A stretch of DNA of 24,199 nucleotides from an uncultured virus (IMG/VR IMGVR_UViG_2061766007_000921) (IMGVR_UViG_2061766007_000921), one strand, 5' to 3'. Shown: positions 13,889-24,100, counted from the stretch's first letter. The notes: generated from the letters alone by a model not told the origin. A program made the numbers and translations.

Positions 13889-14720
13889 TATTCTCTAAAT
13901 TCATTATTTGTAGATTATTTATCTGTTCTGCTGCATATGATATAATGTCTTCAACAAGCGAATCACTATAAACAATTTGTGGTGAATATATTTCATAATC
14001 AGTTTCACCTATTCTAACAATAAGAGGTATTATTTTATTTGTAATTTTATATTTGTTGCGCAGCATATAAGTATACAAATAAAGCTGTACTGTGTATCCG
14101 TTTAAATCACATGAATCATATTTATAAAGAGGCCCTCTCATTTTTTCAAATGAATTTGCAACTGAAATTTTCTTAGAATTTTTCCAATCAATCAATATAA
14201 GACAATCAGTAGATTCAGTGGGTTTTAAAGAGAACAATGCATCAAGTCGTCCGTTTATTTTCTTTTCTTTATCAAAAAGCATTAATTCTCTTCCTACAAA
14301 ATCTATTTTGTTTACAATATTATTATTGTAAAATTCTATAAATTGATTGCACTTGTTTTTCTGTATATCTGTTAATGAGTTTAAAAACTCTTCATTAGAT
14401 ACAGATTCATTTATATTAGGAGTAAGAATTCTTTCAATCCAAGAATCAAGTATTTTTCCATTTTCTCTTCCAATTCTTGCTTTCTCTTCCCAATTTTCAA
14501 GAATTTGTTCAATTGACATATGATAATATTCTGAATACGGATCATTATAATATTTGTCATATGTTTTTTGCGCTACTGCTTCTTTGTCAAATGGAGCTTT
14601 AACTGCTTCTACAATTTTAGAAACAGAATAAGGACAAGCTTTATATATTGCAAATTGCTGAGTTTTCTTTGCAGTAGTAGATTTAATTTCTTCTAACAAT
14701 CTAGTGTATTCAGAATTCAT
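13863..14720 (-). CDS. PD-(D/E)XK (Cas4/RecB-like) nuclease
   Basis: RE...GRLDALF...LIDWK...YTVQLYLY. Confidence 0.85.
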   Translation of the reverse strand: MNSEYTRLLEEIKSTTAKKTQQFAIYKACPYSVSKIVEAVKAPFDKEAVAQKTYDKYYNDPYSEYYHMSIEQILENWEEKARIGRENGKILDSWIERILTPNINESVSNEEFLNSLTDIQKNKCNQFIEFYNNNIVNKIDFVGRELMLFDKEKKINGRLDALFSLKPTESTDCLILIDWKNSKKISVANSFEKMRGPLYKYDSCDLNGYTVQLYLYTYMLRNKYKITNKIIPLIVRIGETDYEIYSPQIVYSDSLVEDIISYAAEQINNLQIMNLENNEKNIQSI

Positions 14721-14737
14721 ATGTTTATAATTTAACT

Positions 14738-14745
14738 TATAAATA
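14738..14745 (+). promoter_or_regulatory. Candidate gp55-dependent late promoter for the plus-strand glycan operon
   Basis: Exact T4 late consensus TATAAATA 27 nt before the ATG at 14772; a gp55 homologue is in the window. Weak on its own in AT-rich DNA. Confidence 0.5.
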
Positions 14746-14771
14746 TTATAAGTAAAACAAACAGAATATTA

Positions 14772-15614
14772 ATGATTCCTAACAATAATATTATTTTTGA
14801 ATACGAAAAGTATAAAAAAGATTTGATTTCATTTGCAAATAGAAAAAAGATAAGTATAAATTTAGATAATCCTATAACTATAAATGATAAAATAAATTGG
14901 ATTAAACTTCATCCAACTTTATTAAAATCTTTTTGTACTGACAAAATAAAATTACATGAGTATTCGAAAGAAACTCTTGGTGAAGATATTTGTATTCCTA
15001 TATTAAAAATATATGATGGAAATACAATCAATAATTTAAATGATTTGCCAAATCAATTTGTTATAAAATGCAATCATGGATGCCAATATAATATCATTGT
15101 TAAAAACAAATCTGATCTTAATTTAAAAACTGCAAATGTCAAACTAAATAAATGGATGAATACGAATTTCGCATTTATAGCAGGTTATGAAATGCAATAT
15201 GATAAAATTGACAGAAAGATATTTGCAGAAAAATATATGGGAAATATAAGTGATTATAAATTTTGGTGTTTTAATGGTGAACCCAAGTTTTGGGTGTATT
15301 CTTTAGGAAATAATGGACAAATGACTAATCACTTAAATTTTTATGATTTGGATTATAATTTATTAGAGTTAAATAATGAAATACATCCAAGAGACAAATC
15401 TATACATCCTGATTTTCCAGACAGAAAAATATTTAATGAAATGGTAGAAATAGCAACAAAATTAGCAGCGCCATTTGATTTTGTTAGAGTAGATTTATAT
15501 TGTATTGATAATAAAATATATTTAGGAGAGTTAACATTTACTCCTTCTGGAGGATGGATGAGATTTGGAAATGATAGTAAAAATCTTGGAAGTATGATTA
15601 ATTTAAATAAGTAA
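14772..15614 (+). CDS. TupA-like ATP-grasp protein
   Basis: NPITINDKINWIKL...DK...LPNQFVIKCNHG...AEKY...DYKFWCFNGEP...FDFVRVDLY...YLGELTFTPSGG. Confidence 0.9.
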   Translation: MIPNNNIIFEYEKYKKDLISFANRKKISINLDNPITINDKINWIKLHPTLLKSFCTDKIKLHEYSKETLGEDICIPILKIYDGNTINNLNDLPNQFVIKCNHGCQYNIIVKNKSDLNLKTANVKLNKWMNTNFAFIAGYEMQYDKIDRKIFAEKYMGNISDYKFWCFNGEPKFWVYSLGNNGQMTNHLNFYDLDYNLLELNNEIHPRDKSIHPDFPDRKIFNEMVEIATKLAAPFDFVRVDLYCIDNKIYLGELTFTPSGGWMRFGNDSKNLGSMINLNK

Positions 15615-15618
15615 TATT

Positions 15619-16458
15619 ATGGTAATTACAGAATTATATGGACGTGTCGGAAACGCTATGTTTATGATTGCTATAGGATTGTATATAAGTAAAAAACTTA
15701 AAGTACCTCTAGCAGTTAAACCGAGATTAGCAATGAAAGGAAAGGATAGAGAAGATTACTATCCAAAAGAAATATTTCCTTATGAATTCTTTAGAAATTT
15801 CAAACAACTAAAGATGGATTATGATGTATCAAAGTTTCAAGGCGTAGGAAATGTTAAAAAATATAATTCATACAAAGATTTTGCTATTCAAGATAATATT
15901 ATCATAAGAGATTGGTTCATATCACAACATTATGTTAATTATGAAGCAATAAAAGATGTTTATGTTCCATCTAAAGAACTGAAAGAAGAAATTTTTGATT
16001 TATATAATCCAACTAGAAATACATTAAGCATGAATGTTAGACGAGGAGATTTTTTAAATCCTTATCATGTTAATCTTGGTTGGCATAGTGATCCTAAAGA
16101 ATATTGGGAAAATGTATATAAAGCATTAAACAAAACATATGATAAAATACTAATAACCTCAGATGACACCAATTGGTGTAAAGAAAACTTAGATTTTGCA
16201 GACAACATAATAATTGTTGATAAACAAACTGAAAACTCTAAAATATTTTTTGATTTGTTTTTACCTACATTTTGTGGTGATAATGCAATAAGTGCTAGTA
16301 CATTTAGCTGGTGGGGATCATATTTAAATCGAAATACTGAAAAAACTGTAATAATGCCATATCCTTGGAAAACAAATGATCCTATAGGTTCTGGAAATAG
16401 ATTTTATTATAAAGGAGTTAAAAAATTTGATATTAATTCATATCAACTTATAAATTAA
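15619..16458 (+). CDS. GT11 alpha-1,2-fucosyltransferase-like glycosyltransferase
   Basis: GRVGNAMF; NVRRGDF (HxRRGD variant); SDDTNWCKE; SASTFSWWGSYLN...VIMPYPW. Confidence 0.88.
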   Translation: MVITELYGRVGNAMFMIAIGLYISKKLKVPLAVKPRLAMKGKDREDYYPKEIFPYEFFRNFKQLKMDYDVSKFQGVGNVKKYNSYKDFAIQDNIIIRDWFISQHYVNYEAIKDVYVPSKELKEEIFDLYNPTRNTLSMNVRRGDFLNPYHVNLGWHSDPKEYWENVYKALNKTYDKILITSDDTNWCKENLDFADNIIIVDKQTENSKIFFDLFLPTFCGDNAISASTFSWWGSYLNRNTEKTVIMPYPWKTNDPIGSGNRFYYKGVKKFDINSYQLIN

Positions 16459-16474
16459 TATAAACTAATGTATA

Positions 16475-18442
16475 ATGAAAACGTTATTGTGTGCAATTGC
16501 TAAATTAGAAAATCATTATATAGAAGAGTGGATTATGCATTATAAAAAACTCGGAATTAGCAAAATAGTGTTGTATGATAACAATTCATTAGAGAGTGAG
16601 TATTCTGAAAAATTGTCAGATGTACAATTAGTTAAAGATGAAATAGAAAATGGATTTATTGATTTGTATGAAGTATTTGATGAATACAAACCGCAATTAA
16701 AATGTTATAATGAATGCTATGCCAAATATTCACAAGAATATGACTGGTTTATGTTCTTTGATATTGATGAATATTTAATGCTTGAACGCTTTGTAAACAT
16801 TGATGATTTTTTGAATCAAGATATTTTTAAACCTTATGAATTAATACACATTCCTTGGAAATTATTCGATGACAATGATTTAATTCATATAAAAAACAAT
16901 GATTACTCACTTGTAAATCGTTTTACCAGACCAATTGAAGTAAAACAACCAAATAAATTTAAATTAAATCAAGAAATAAAAAGTATAGTAAGAGGACATC
17001 TAAACAAAGACGTACGTTTTACTAACACTCCACATACAATAAATTCTGTAAAATTAAAATGTTGTAATCCTTCAGGAAGACGTGATGATGCATTAAACCA
17101 AAAAACAAAATTAGTATATCACAAAGGAGCTTGGTTAAATCATTATATATGTAAATCTCTTGAAGAATATTTGAATATTAAGAAAATGAGAGGTGGAGGA
17201 ATAACTCCAGCAACATCATCTCGTTATAAAACACATTTCTATTTTATATACAATGTAAAAACAATAGAAAAAATTCAATACATAAAAGAAATAACTAATG
17301 AAGATATAAAAATGACAAAGAAAGTTGTAACATCTCCATGTAATTTTATAAGCACAAAAACAAAAATACAGCCAAATAAACCTGCACTTAGAGCTGGATT
17401 AAACAAATCAATAAAAAAGCCAAAAATTGGAAATACTGATATTAAAGTAGCAGTTTGTTGTATAATAAAAATGGAGAATCATTATATCCTTGAATGGGCA
17501 AAATATTATAAAAAACTTGGTGTTGATAATATTATATTATATGACAATAATGATGTTGACGGACCAATAGCAGAAAATATAAGAGATATACCTGAAATAG
17601 CAGAAATGATAGATTCAGGATTCATTATTCATCATAAAATTCCAGGAGAATCAGTGGCCCAAGTAAAATATTATACACAGTGTTATAAAGACTATGGAGA
17701 ACAATATGACTGGATTATGTTCTTTGATATTGATGAATTTTTAACAATAGATCCAAACTTAGAGTGCAATAATGTAAAAGAATATCTTGCTCTTGAAATA
17801 TATGACAAGTTTAATATGATTCATCTAAATTGGAAAATTTATGATGATAACAATTTAATAAGAGTTGTAGATAATGATTATAGCATTCAATCAAGATTTA
17901 CAAGAGAGTTGTCAACATCATTCCCAAATAAAAATTATTTAAACAAAGAAATAAAATCAATTGTAAGAGGACATCTCAAAAATATAAAATTTGTCAAGAA
18001 TCCTCACACTTGTGAAGGAACAGGTATTGTATGTTGCAACGCTCTTGGCCAAACAACACTATCCAATGTACAAAAATCTCAAATTGTTGTTCACAAATAT
18101 GCATGGATAAATCATTATATTTGTAAAACAATTGAAGAGTATATACATATTAAAATGGTAAGAAAAGGCGGTCATACAAAACATGAAAAAGGATTGAGAT
18201 ACAGTTTGAATTTCTTCTTCACATATAATAAAAGAACTGCTGAAAAAATCAATTATATTAAATCATTAGTAAATACTAATGTATTGTCACAGGATGTAGT
18301 AGAATATGAATCAAAAATTCCTGCTGTAAAGAAAGTAGTAAATTCACCATCGCCAGTAAGAAAAATTTCATACAGTTCAAATATTATTAAAAAGACAATT
18401 CAACCTCCAAATAAAATTTCATCTTTGTATAAAAGCAAATAA
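16475..18442 (+). CDS. Tandem two-domain GT-A glycosyltransferase (GT2-like / GT92-like)
   Basis: Two homologous halves, each with K.ENHYI.EW..Y.KLG...I.LYDNN, YDW.MFFDIDE (DxD), EIKSIVRGHL and W.NHYICK..EEY; K/P-rich linker and tail. Confidence 0.88.
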   Translation: MKTLLCAIAKLENHYIEEWIMHYKKLGISKIVLYDNNSLESEYSEKLSDVQLVKDEIENGFIDLYEVFDEYKPQLKCYNECYAKYSQEYDWFMFFDIDEYLMLERFVNIDDFLNQDIFKPYELIHIPWKLFDDNDLIHIKNNDYSLVNRFTRPIEVKQPNKFKLNQEIKSIVRGHLNKDVRFTNTPHTINSVKLKCCNPSGRRDDALNQKTKLVYHKGAWLNHYICKSLEEYLNIKKMRGGGITPATSSRYKTHFYFIYNVKTIEKIQYIKEITNEDIKMTKKVVTSPCNFISTKTKIQPNKPALRAGLNKSIKKPKIGNTDIKVAVCCIIKMENHYILEWAKYYKKLGVDNIILYDNNDVDGPIAENIRDIPEIAEMIDSGFIIHHKIPGESVAQVKYYTQCYKDYGEQYDWIMFFDIDEFLTIDPNLECNNVKEYLALEIYDKFNMIHLNWKIYDDNNLIRVVDNDYSIQSRFTRELSTSFPNKNYLNKEIKSIVRGHLKNIKFVKNPHTCEGTGIVCCNALGQTTLSNVQKSQIVVHKYAWINHYICKTIEEYIHIKMVRKGGHTKHEKGLRYSLNFFFTYNKRTAEKINYIKSLVNTNVLSQDVVEYESKIPAVKKVVNSPSPVRKISYSSNIIKKTIQPPNKISSLYKSK

Positions 18443-18480
18443 GTTATTTAACTTTTTAAAATAATAGTGATAAAATATAT

Positions 18481-18666
18481 ATGAAGCTGTCACCTAAAAT
18501 AAAAATAGGATGTAAATCCTGTAATAAGAACAATGTTAACAATATTGATTTTGATATTAATGTTGGAACTTTCGGATTAAGTCCAATAAAACAACAGCAC
18601 AAAGTTACAACAATACTTCCAAGTAAATCAGTTAAAACAAGTAATAAAGTAAAATCTCTTTTTTAA
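18481..18666 (+). CDS. Small basic hypothetical protein (61 aa) with CxxC
   Basis: GCKSC; TAATG overlap with the next gene. Confidence 0.65.
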   Translation: MKLSPKIKIGCKSCNKNNVNNIDFDINVGTFGLSPIKQQHKVTTILPSKSVKTSNKVKSLF

Positions 18667-18932
18667 TGATACACATAAATAAAGAAAAAGTTCCTCTAAA
18701 ATATTTGATTCACTTTACTAAAACAAATCCATCTAAATTTGATTTGTTATATGAAATTGCAGAATTTCTTGAAGAAGAAGGAAAAGAAGAATTTAATGAA
18801 TGGGAACTTAAAAATAAAACACAGTCAAGAGTTGATTCTCTTGAAGAGAATGTACAATTTTTAATTGATAACGGATTTATAGAAAAGCTTAAATATACAA
18901 AATATAGATTGTTAAAACATTTATGGAATTAA
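18666..18932 (+). CDS. Hypothetical protein (88 aa), possibly winged-helix
   Basis: C-terminal VQFLIDNGFIEKLKYTKYRL resembles a wHTH recognition helix and wing. Confidence 0.7.
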   Translation: MIHINKEKVPLKYLIHFTKTNPSKFDLLYEIAEFLEEEGKEEFNEWELKNKTQSRVDSLEENVQFLIDNGFIEKLKYTKYRLLKHLWN

Positions 18933-18962
18933 AAAAGAGAAGATTAATAAATCTTCTCTTTT
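18931..18962. terminator. Bidirectional terminator between convergent genes
   Basis: AAAAGAGAAGATT-AATA-AATCTTCTCTTTT, overlapping the rmlA stop. Confidence 0.8.
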
Positions 18963-19855
18963 AAGTATTTCATGTAATTGTTATTTCCGTAATATTTCAA
19001 ATTTTCTTGTAGTTGTTCTACTGTAAGCCATTTATTTCGCAATCCTATTTCTTCAAGACAAGCAACTTGAATTCCTTGACGATTCTCAATTGTTTCTACA
19101 TAATTAGCGGCTTCAATAAGACTGCTGAATGTACCAGTATCTAACCAAGCATATCCAGATTCTAACAAAATCAAGTCAAGCATCATTCCTCCATCATTTG
19201 CACAAGTTTCATTATAAGTTTTATTAACTTCTGTTATTTCATACTCTCCACGTGCTGATGGTTTAATTGTTTTTGCAATATCAATTACAGAATTTGGATA
19301 AAAATATAATCCAGTAACTGCAATATTTGATTTTGGATTTTCAGGTTTCTCTTCTAAAGAAACTACAGAATATAATTCACCTTCTCTATTTTGTGTTACT
19401 TCAGCAACACCATATCTACTTGGATCTGCAACTTGATATCCAAATACTACTGCTCTTGGATTAAGTTTATCATCTGCTATTTTTCTAGCAATTTTAAGTT
19501 TTGCTTGCAAATTTGGTCCATGAAATATATTATCACCCAGTACTAAGCATACACTATCATCTCCAATAAATTCTTCACCAATAATAAATGCTTGTGCAAG
19601 TCCATTTGGTATATCTTGTATTGCATATTGCAATTTAATTCCAAAACGTGAACCGTCACCTAACAATTTTTTAAAGGAAGACTGATCTTCAGGTGTAGTA
19701 ATAATAAGAATGTCTCTTATTTTTGCTTGCATTAAAACTGATAGAGGATAATAAATCATAGGTTTGTCATAAATTGGAAGCAATTGCTTGCTTATTCCAA
19801 GAGTAATAGGATGAAGTCTTGTACCTGCACCACCTGCTAAAATAATACCTTTCAT
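18944..19855 (-). CDS. rmlA: Glucose-1-phosphate thymidylyltransferase
   Basis: [18 protein letters not shown]...[18 protein letters not shown]...LGDNIFHG...EEKP...TGLYFY...[11 protein letters not shown]...WLDTGT. Confidence 0.97.
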   Translation of the reverse strand: MKGIILAGGAGTRLHPITLGISKQLLPIYDKPMIYYPLSVLMQAKIRDILIITTPEDQSSFKKLLGDGSRFGIKLQYAIQDIPNGLAQAFIIGEEFIGDDSVCLVLGDNIFHGPNLQAKLKIARKIADDKLNPRAVVFGYQVADPSRYGVAEVTQNREGELYSVVSLEEKPENPKSNIAVTGLYFYPNSVIDIAKTIKPSARGEYEITEVNKTYNETCANDGGMMLDLILLESGYAWLDTGTFSSLIEAANYVETIENRQGIQVACLEEIGLRNKWLTVEQLQENLKYYGNNNYMKYLKEKIY

Positions 19856-19887
19856 ATCATTAAATTTATTCTATATAAAAATATATC

Positions 19888-19918
19888 AAAAAAGGAGCCA
19901 AGATATTCTTGACTCCTT
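19888..19918 (-). terminator. Intrinsic terminator
   Basis: AAGGAGTCAAGA-ATA-TCTTGGCTCCTT plus T-run; the U.G pair fixes the minus strand. Confidence 0.82.
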
Positions 19919-19938
19919 AATTTATTTAATTATTTTTA

Positions 19939-20382
19939 TTACATTACAGTAATTTCTGATAACAATATGCTTTTCATCTTGTCATCAATTTTAAAAACAA
20001 ACTTACTAGGATTGATTTCTACCATTGGAATTCCATCATAAATTTCTCCACGATATTTAAATGTAAGATATCCTCTATCACATTCTTTCAATTTTAATTC
20101 ATCTCTAAGAACATTTAACAATGAATCCATTCCCTTGTTAACTTTTACATAGTCAACATTATCATCTTCTTCATCTGATACAATAACATCAGAATCCATA
20201 TCATATAATGAATCAGAATTAAATTCATCTTCTTCATTTTCATCAAAATCTAAATCATCATACTTATTAGAAGTAAGTTGATCATACAAATCTTTTTCTT
20301 CTGTTTCATCAGCAAAATCATCAAATTGTGATTTCTCTGGAGTTGCTTTAGAAAATCTATCACTAGCTACTAATCTTCTCAT
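19939..20382 (-). CDS. Acidic hypothetical protein (147 aa)
   Basis: D/E-rich N-terminal half and small beta-rich C-terminal domain; followed by a terminator. Confidence 0.8.
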   Translation of the reverse strand: MRRLVASDRFSKATPEKSQFDDFADETEEKDLYDQLTSNKYDDLDFDENEEDEFNSDSLYDMDSDVIVSDEEDDNVDYVKVNKGMDSLLNVLRDELKLKECDRGYLTFKYRGEIYDGIPMVEINPSKFVFKIDDKMKSILLSEITVM

Positions 20383-20411
20383 TTAAATACTTTGTAAAAT
20401 TTGTGTATTTA

Positions 20412-20990
20412 TTATGAATTACGATCATTAATTATGTCATTTGTAGAAAGATCTACCATATCTAGTAAATTTTTCTGAACATCTTCTGGAATTTCATCTA
20501 CTGTGTGAATGACAGGCTTATTCATTTTTTCAAATTTTGCTCTCATTCTTTCTTCTCTCTTCTTTGCCTTTTCTTCATCAAACAAATAATCATACATTCC
20601 CTTTTTTGCATTACGCAAAAATTGTCTTTTAAGATTACGTTTTTCTGGTCCAGACAATACTCTTCCACAAGTCTGTACATAGTTTTCAAAAACTACTTGA
20701 GCACGATATTCTGGGCTCTTCATTACTCGTTCATTATGTTCACGAATAATTCTTTGTTTTTCTTGTTCCTTTGCAAGAGCTTCAAGATCTACTTCAGTTG
20801 CAGTCTCTGTAGAATCTTTTTTTGTACCTATAAATCCAAGAGATTCTGTAGAAAATGATTTGCCTTCTTCGTCAACAGAATTATCTAACAATGATGTTGT
20901 TTCATTATTTTCCAAAACCTCTTCATTGTCAAACAATTTAACATCTTCTTGTGGTTCAAGTAATGACTCAATATTTGTATTTTCTTGCAT
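20412..20990 (-). CDS. Hypothetical protein (192 aa)
   Basis: Acidic N-terminus, charged helical C-terminus; co-oriented in the operon. Confidence 0.8.
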   Translation of the reverse strand: MQENTNIESLLEPQEDVKLFDNEEVLENNETTSLLDNSVDEEGKSFSTESLGFIGTKKDSTETATEVDLEALAKEQEKQRIIREHNERVMKSPEYRAQVVFENYVQTCGRVLSGPEKRNLKRQFLRNAKKGMYDYLFDEEKAKKREERMRAKFEKMNKPVIHTVDEIPEDVQKNLLDMVDLSTNDIINDRNS

Positions 20991-21032
20991 ATTGTTATTA
21001 TTTTAAAATTTATCTTAATTATTTTATACTAA

Positions 21033-21470
21033 TTATATTGAATATATTTCATCAGTTATTGGTACACATATAGAATCTGGAAATTTCATTTTACCTAATT
21101 GCCTCCACGCTTTTGCATATCCATTTTTACATACTGAAGTAATATAAGCAAATGCATTTTCTGAAACATCAGGATTAAAATTTTTCCAATATCTTATGCA
21201 ATCCATAACTGCACTAGATATACAGTCTTCTCTATCTGCAGGATTATTATATCTAAGTTTAACAGATAATCTTTCAGCAATTTGTTTAAACATTAACACT
21301 GCCTCAACTGTAAGTTCTCCTTGTTCTCTGCTTTTTTTAAGCTCTGCTAAAAGTTCCGAATTTTTTACATAATGTCCTGATGCAGGTTTTTTAGGTTGAT
21401 TAAGAGTTTCATCAACAAATTCAACTCCTTCAGCAGCAGCCTTTAGTTGAGCTTGTCGCTTTGTAGACAT
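21033..21470 (-). CDS. gp55: T4 gp55-like late-transcription sigma factor
   Basis: HYVKNSELL...IAERLS...EDCISSAVMDCIRYWKNFNPDVSENAFAYITSVCKN matches the gp55 pattern YVNNKELL...IAEGLS...NFD..K..NPHAYITQ.C.N. Confidence 0.85.
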   Translation of the reverse strand: MSTKRQAQLKAAAEGVEFVDETLNQPKKPASGHYVKNSELLAELKKSREQGELTVEAVLMFKQIAERLSVKLRYNNPADREDCISSAVMDCIRYWKNFNPDVSENAFAYITSVCKNGYAKAWRQLGKMKFPDSICVPITDEIYSI

Positions 21471-21502
21471 TTATTATTTAATATTAATTTTATAAAAATT
21501 AT

Positions 21503-21536
21503 AAACAAAAACAAGGAGAACGATTTCTCCTTGTTT
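21503..21536 (-). terminator. Intrinsic terminator
   Basis: AAACAAGGAGAA-ATCG-TTCTCCTTGTTT plus T-rich tail. Confidence 0.8.
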
Positions 21537-21564
21537 AAGCTTTAACTAATTATGATTTATAGAT

Positions 21565-22401
21565 TTAATTTATATCATCAAGAATAGTTGTTATAACTTG
21601 TGATTCTTGAGCCATTTCTGCAATAATCTTGGCTTTTGGAGGAATATTTTCATTGTCATCATTAAATGCAACTGTTAATACTCCAATAGGAGAATATTTT
21701 CCTCTAAGTATCATAAGAGCCAATGTTGATGCTCTTGTCAGCTTCATCTTTGCTGCAAAATATGGATCCTCTTCTTCTATGTCCTTTATAGTTCCAATCC
21801 AAGATCCTTCTTTAAAATGTTTTGCAATAAATGGAAATTTTGCTAAATTAAAATCTTTAAATTCATCAGAAACATAATCATATCCTGGAGAAACTTCTTC
21901 AGATGTCATTGATAAAAATATAAATGGCAGTCCTGAAAGATTGTTTGTTCCATTGTGCATTTCACAAAGAGTTACTCTATCTGCTCCAAGATTTATAATC
22001 AATTCTTTAAGTTTATTAGAAACTTCTGCAGTAGCTTCAAATCTTTTAACAACTAAATTATTATGAACTTTGTCTTTTTGTTTGTTCTCTGCTTCTACAA
22101 AATCTTTATAAACTTTTGCAGTATCTGACAAATGATTTTCATTAGTCAAACTCTTTGCTATTTGATATATTCCACCAGAAAGCAAGAATACTATAAACAA
22201 TCCCCAAATAGATGTATTTGTAAAACTACCGATAAACTCAGAAGGATTAATCAATATATTTGGATTGCTCATAATATATATAGCAATTGCAATCAAAGTG
22301 ACAAGACAAACATTTTTAAAATAATATTTGAATCCCTTTGATGATGTCTTGATAACTTGATCTTTAACATCTTTTATATCTTTAAAATGACTATTTCCCA
22401 T
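21565..22401 (-). CDS. Membrane protein with two TM helices and a GAF-like C-terminal domain; putative holin
   Basis: Hydrophobic segments at residues ~30-45 and ~64-82; ADRVTLCEMHNG...PIGVLTVAF fits a GAF-like pattern; architecture recalls T4 holin T. Confidence 0.55.
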   Translation of the reverse strand: MGNSHFKDIKDVKDQVIKTSSKGFKYYFKNVCLVTLIAIAIYIMSNPNILINPSEFIGSFTNTSIWGLFIVFLLSGGIYQIAKSLTNENHLSDTAKVYKDFVEAENKQKDKVHNNLVVKRFEATAEVSNKLKELIINLGADRVTLCEMHNGTNNLSGLPFIFLSMTSEEVSPGYDYVSDEFKDFNLAKFPFIAKHFKEGSWIGTIKDIEEEDPYFAAKMKLTRASTLALMILRGKYSPIGVLTVAFNDDNENIPPKAKIIAEMAQESQVITTILDDIN

Positions 22402-22412
22402 TATTTTACAAA

Positions 22413-24086
22413 TTACATTTGAATTGGTCTAACAGAATTTGCAGGTAAATTAATCAATGTTTTTGTTCCATCTTCTAATGTTATAAGAGTTCTAACAGGA
22501 TCACTTGTTCCATTTGAAGAATTGAAATCTTTAAGATTAATAAGAACGTTTCTTAAAACTTCACCTGTTGAAGTTATTTCAACACCTTCTACATAATCAT
22601 TAACATTTGCAAATTCATTTACATCTTCTGTTACTTCAATATATTTTTTCTTAGCAAAAACTTGTTCATTTTCAACAACCATTCTTATGTCATCCTCAGG
22701 TTGTGCTGCAATATATTCTGAATATTTTACAAAACAATTATTTGGAGTGATACGGTTGTTATTCATAAACAATCCACAATGAACAAATTGTTCAAACAAT
22801 CCTTTCAAAGTAGCTTCATCATATTTATACGGATTCTCTACAGTATCAGGACGATTTCTTAACATCTTAACCTGTGACTGTGAATATTCAAGAGTTCTTC
22901 CGTTTACATTAATAATAAAGTTATTGTTAAAAGGAAGCTTAGCAATTATTTGTCCATTACCTGCAGGACAAGACACCCAATCAAGGACATTTGGCTCTGC
23001 ATATTTTATTTTTTGCTCAGAAGCTTTTGGATCTTCAGATTCATTAAGTTTTGAAACTTTCTTTGGAGTTTCTACTGATTCTCCAATTTTTTGTTTCTTT
23101 CTTACTTTGAATTTGAATTTCTTTTCAGGTTTACTTTCTTCAGATTTTTCATCTGAATCTTCTGATGATTCTTCAGATTTTTCTGAGTCTTCAGATTTTT
23201 CATCATCATTTTCTTTGTTTGAATCATCTTTTGACTCATCATCTTTTTTATCATCTTCATCATCTTTACCTTCATCTGAAGAATCATCGTCTGATGAGAA
23301 TAAAGCGCTCTCAGAAGTTTCAAAAGTTGTATTTACATCTTTGAAAGGATCGCTCATTTCCTGACTCTCATCAGAAGAATCTGATACAACATTTTTATCA
23401 GTATCAATGTCATCAGTGTCAAGAGTTACTTTTTTACCAGTTTTGGTATCTTCTATAGTAATCTTAACTCCTTCATTCAACAATTCTTCAGACAATTGAA
23501 AAAAATCCTTTACTGAAATAGGAGTCTTTTCACCGTAAAATGATTCTAAAAGTTTTTTAGTCTTTTTGCAATCTTCTGGACGAATTGCAATTCTCATAGA
23601 CTCATCTATACGGCCAACAGAAATTCCTTTACCTTTTAGCTTCTGCTCTAAAAATCCATTATAAGGAACATCTATTGTAATATTTGATTCATTAATACCT
23701 TTAAATTCTTTTTCGTTTTGATATCTTTCAAGAAACATTTTTGCATCTTCATCAATATTTCCATCCTTTGATGCTGCATATGTACTTAAAGTTTTATATA
23801 AGTCCTTTGTTTCTTTAAAGCTTTCTGTAACGATTACAATATGGTCAGCAACTTTGTTTGATGAACCAAACATTGCAGCATAATCTGCAGTATAAGGAAG
23901 AACAACTTTTACCTTTCCTTTGCTGTTGTCACGAAAAAGAACAGATTCATTTATTGCTTTTACTTCTTTAATTTGTAATGACTCATTTGCAGGAGCAACA
24001 TCAATTGTTGAAGGTTTATTACTTATACAATTTTTTAATTCAGGGAAGAACGTGCAGAATTGAGCTTCTGAGAAGTTTTTCCACTC
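22413..24086 (-). CDS. Large acidic protein, 5'-truncated by the assembly gap; possible prohead core or internal head protein
   Basis: The frame stays open from the annotated ATG (23873) to the N-run (EWKNFSEAQF...YAAMFGSS). Contains a D/E/S/K low-complexity tract and many INES/IDES/LLES/LNEG/IGES/LNES motifs. Confidence 0.8.
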   Translation of the reverse strand, partial: EWKNFSEAQFCTFFPELKNCISNKPSTIDVAPANESLQIKEVKAINESVLFRDNSKGKVKVVLPYTADYAAMFGSSNKVADHIVIVTESFKETKDLYKTLSTYAASKDGNIDEDAKMFLERYQNEKEFKGINESNITIDVPYNGFLEQKLKGKGISVGRIDESMRIAIRPEDCKKTKKLLESFYGEKTPISVKDFFQLSEELLNEGVKITIEDTKTGKKVTLDTDDIDTDKNVVSDSSDESQEMSDPFKDVNTTFETSESALFSSDDDSSDEGKDDEDDKKDDESKDDSNKENDDEKSEDSEKSEESSEDSDEKSEESKPEKKFKFKVRKKQKIGESVETPKKVSKLNESEDPKASEQKIKYAEPNVLDWVSCPAGNGQIIAKLPFNNNFIINVNGRTLEYSQSQVKMLRNRPDTVENPYKYDEATLKGLFEQFVHCGLFMNNNRITPNNCFVKYSEYIAAQPEDDIRMVVENEQVFAKKKYIEVTEDVNEFANVNDYVEGVEITSTGEVLRNVLINLKDFNSSNGTSDPVRTLITLEDGTKTLINLPANSVRPIQM

Positions 24087-24100
24087 NNNNNNNNNNTAAC

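Noticed and set aside
13863..14720. Cas4-like nuclease as evidence of a CRISPR-Cas system
   Set aside because: No array or other cas genes and no clear four-cysteine Fe-S motif; solo PD-(D/E)XK nucleases are common in large phages.
292..24086. Stop-codon recoding (TAG to Gln, as in Lak megaphages)
   Set aside because: No called gene ends in TAG, but genes are full length and abut each other under the standard code, no suppressor tRNA is present, and TAG is rare in AT-rich genomes anyway.
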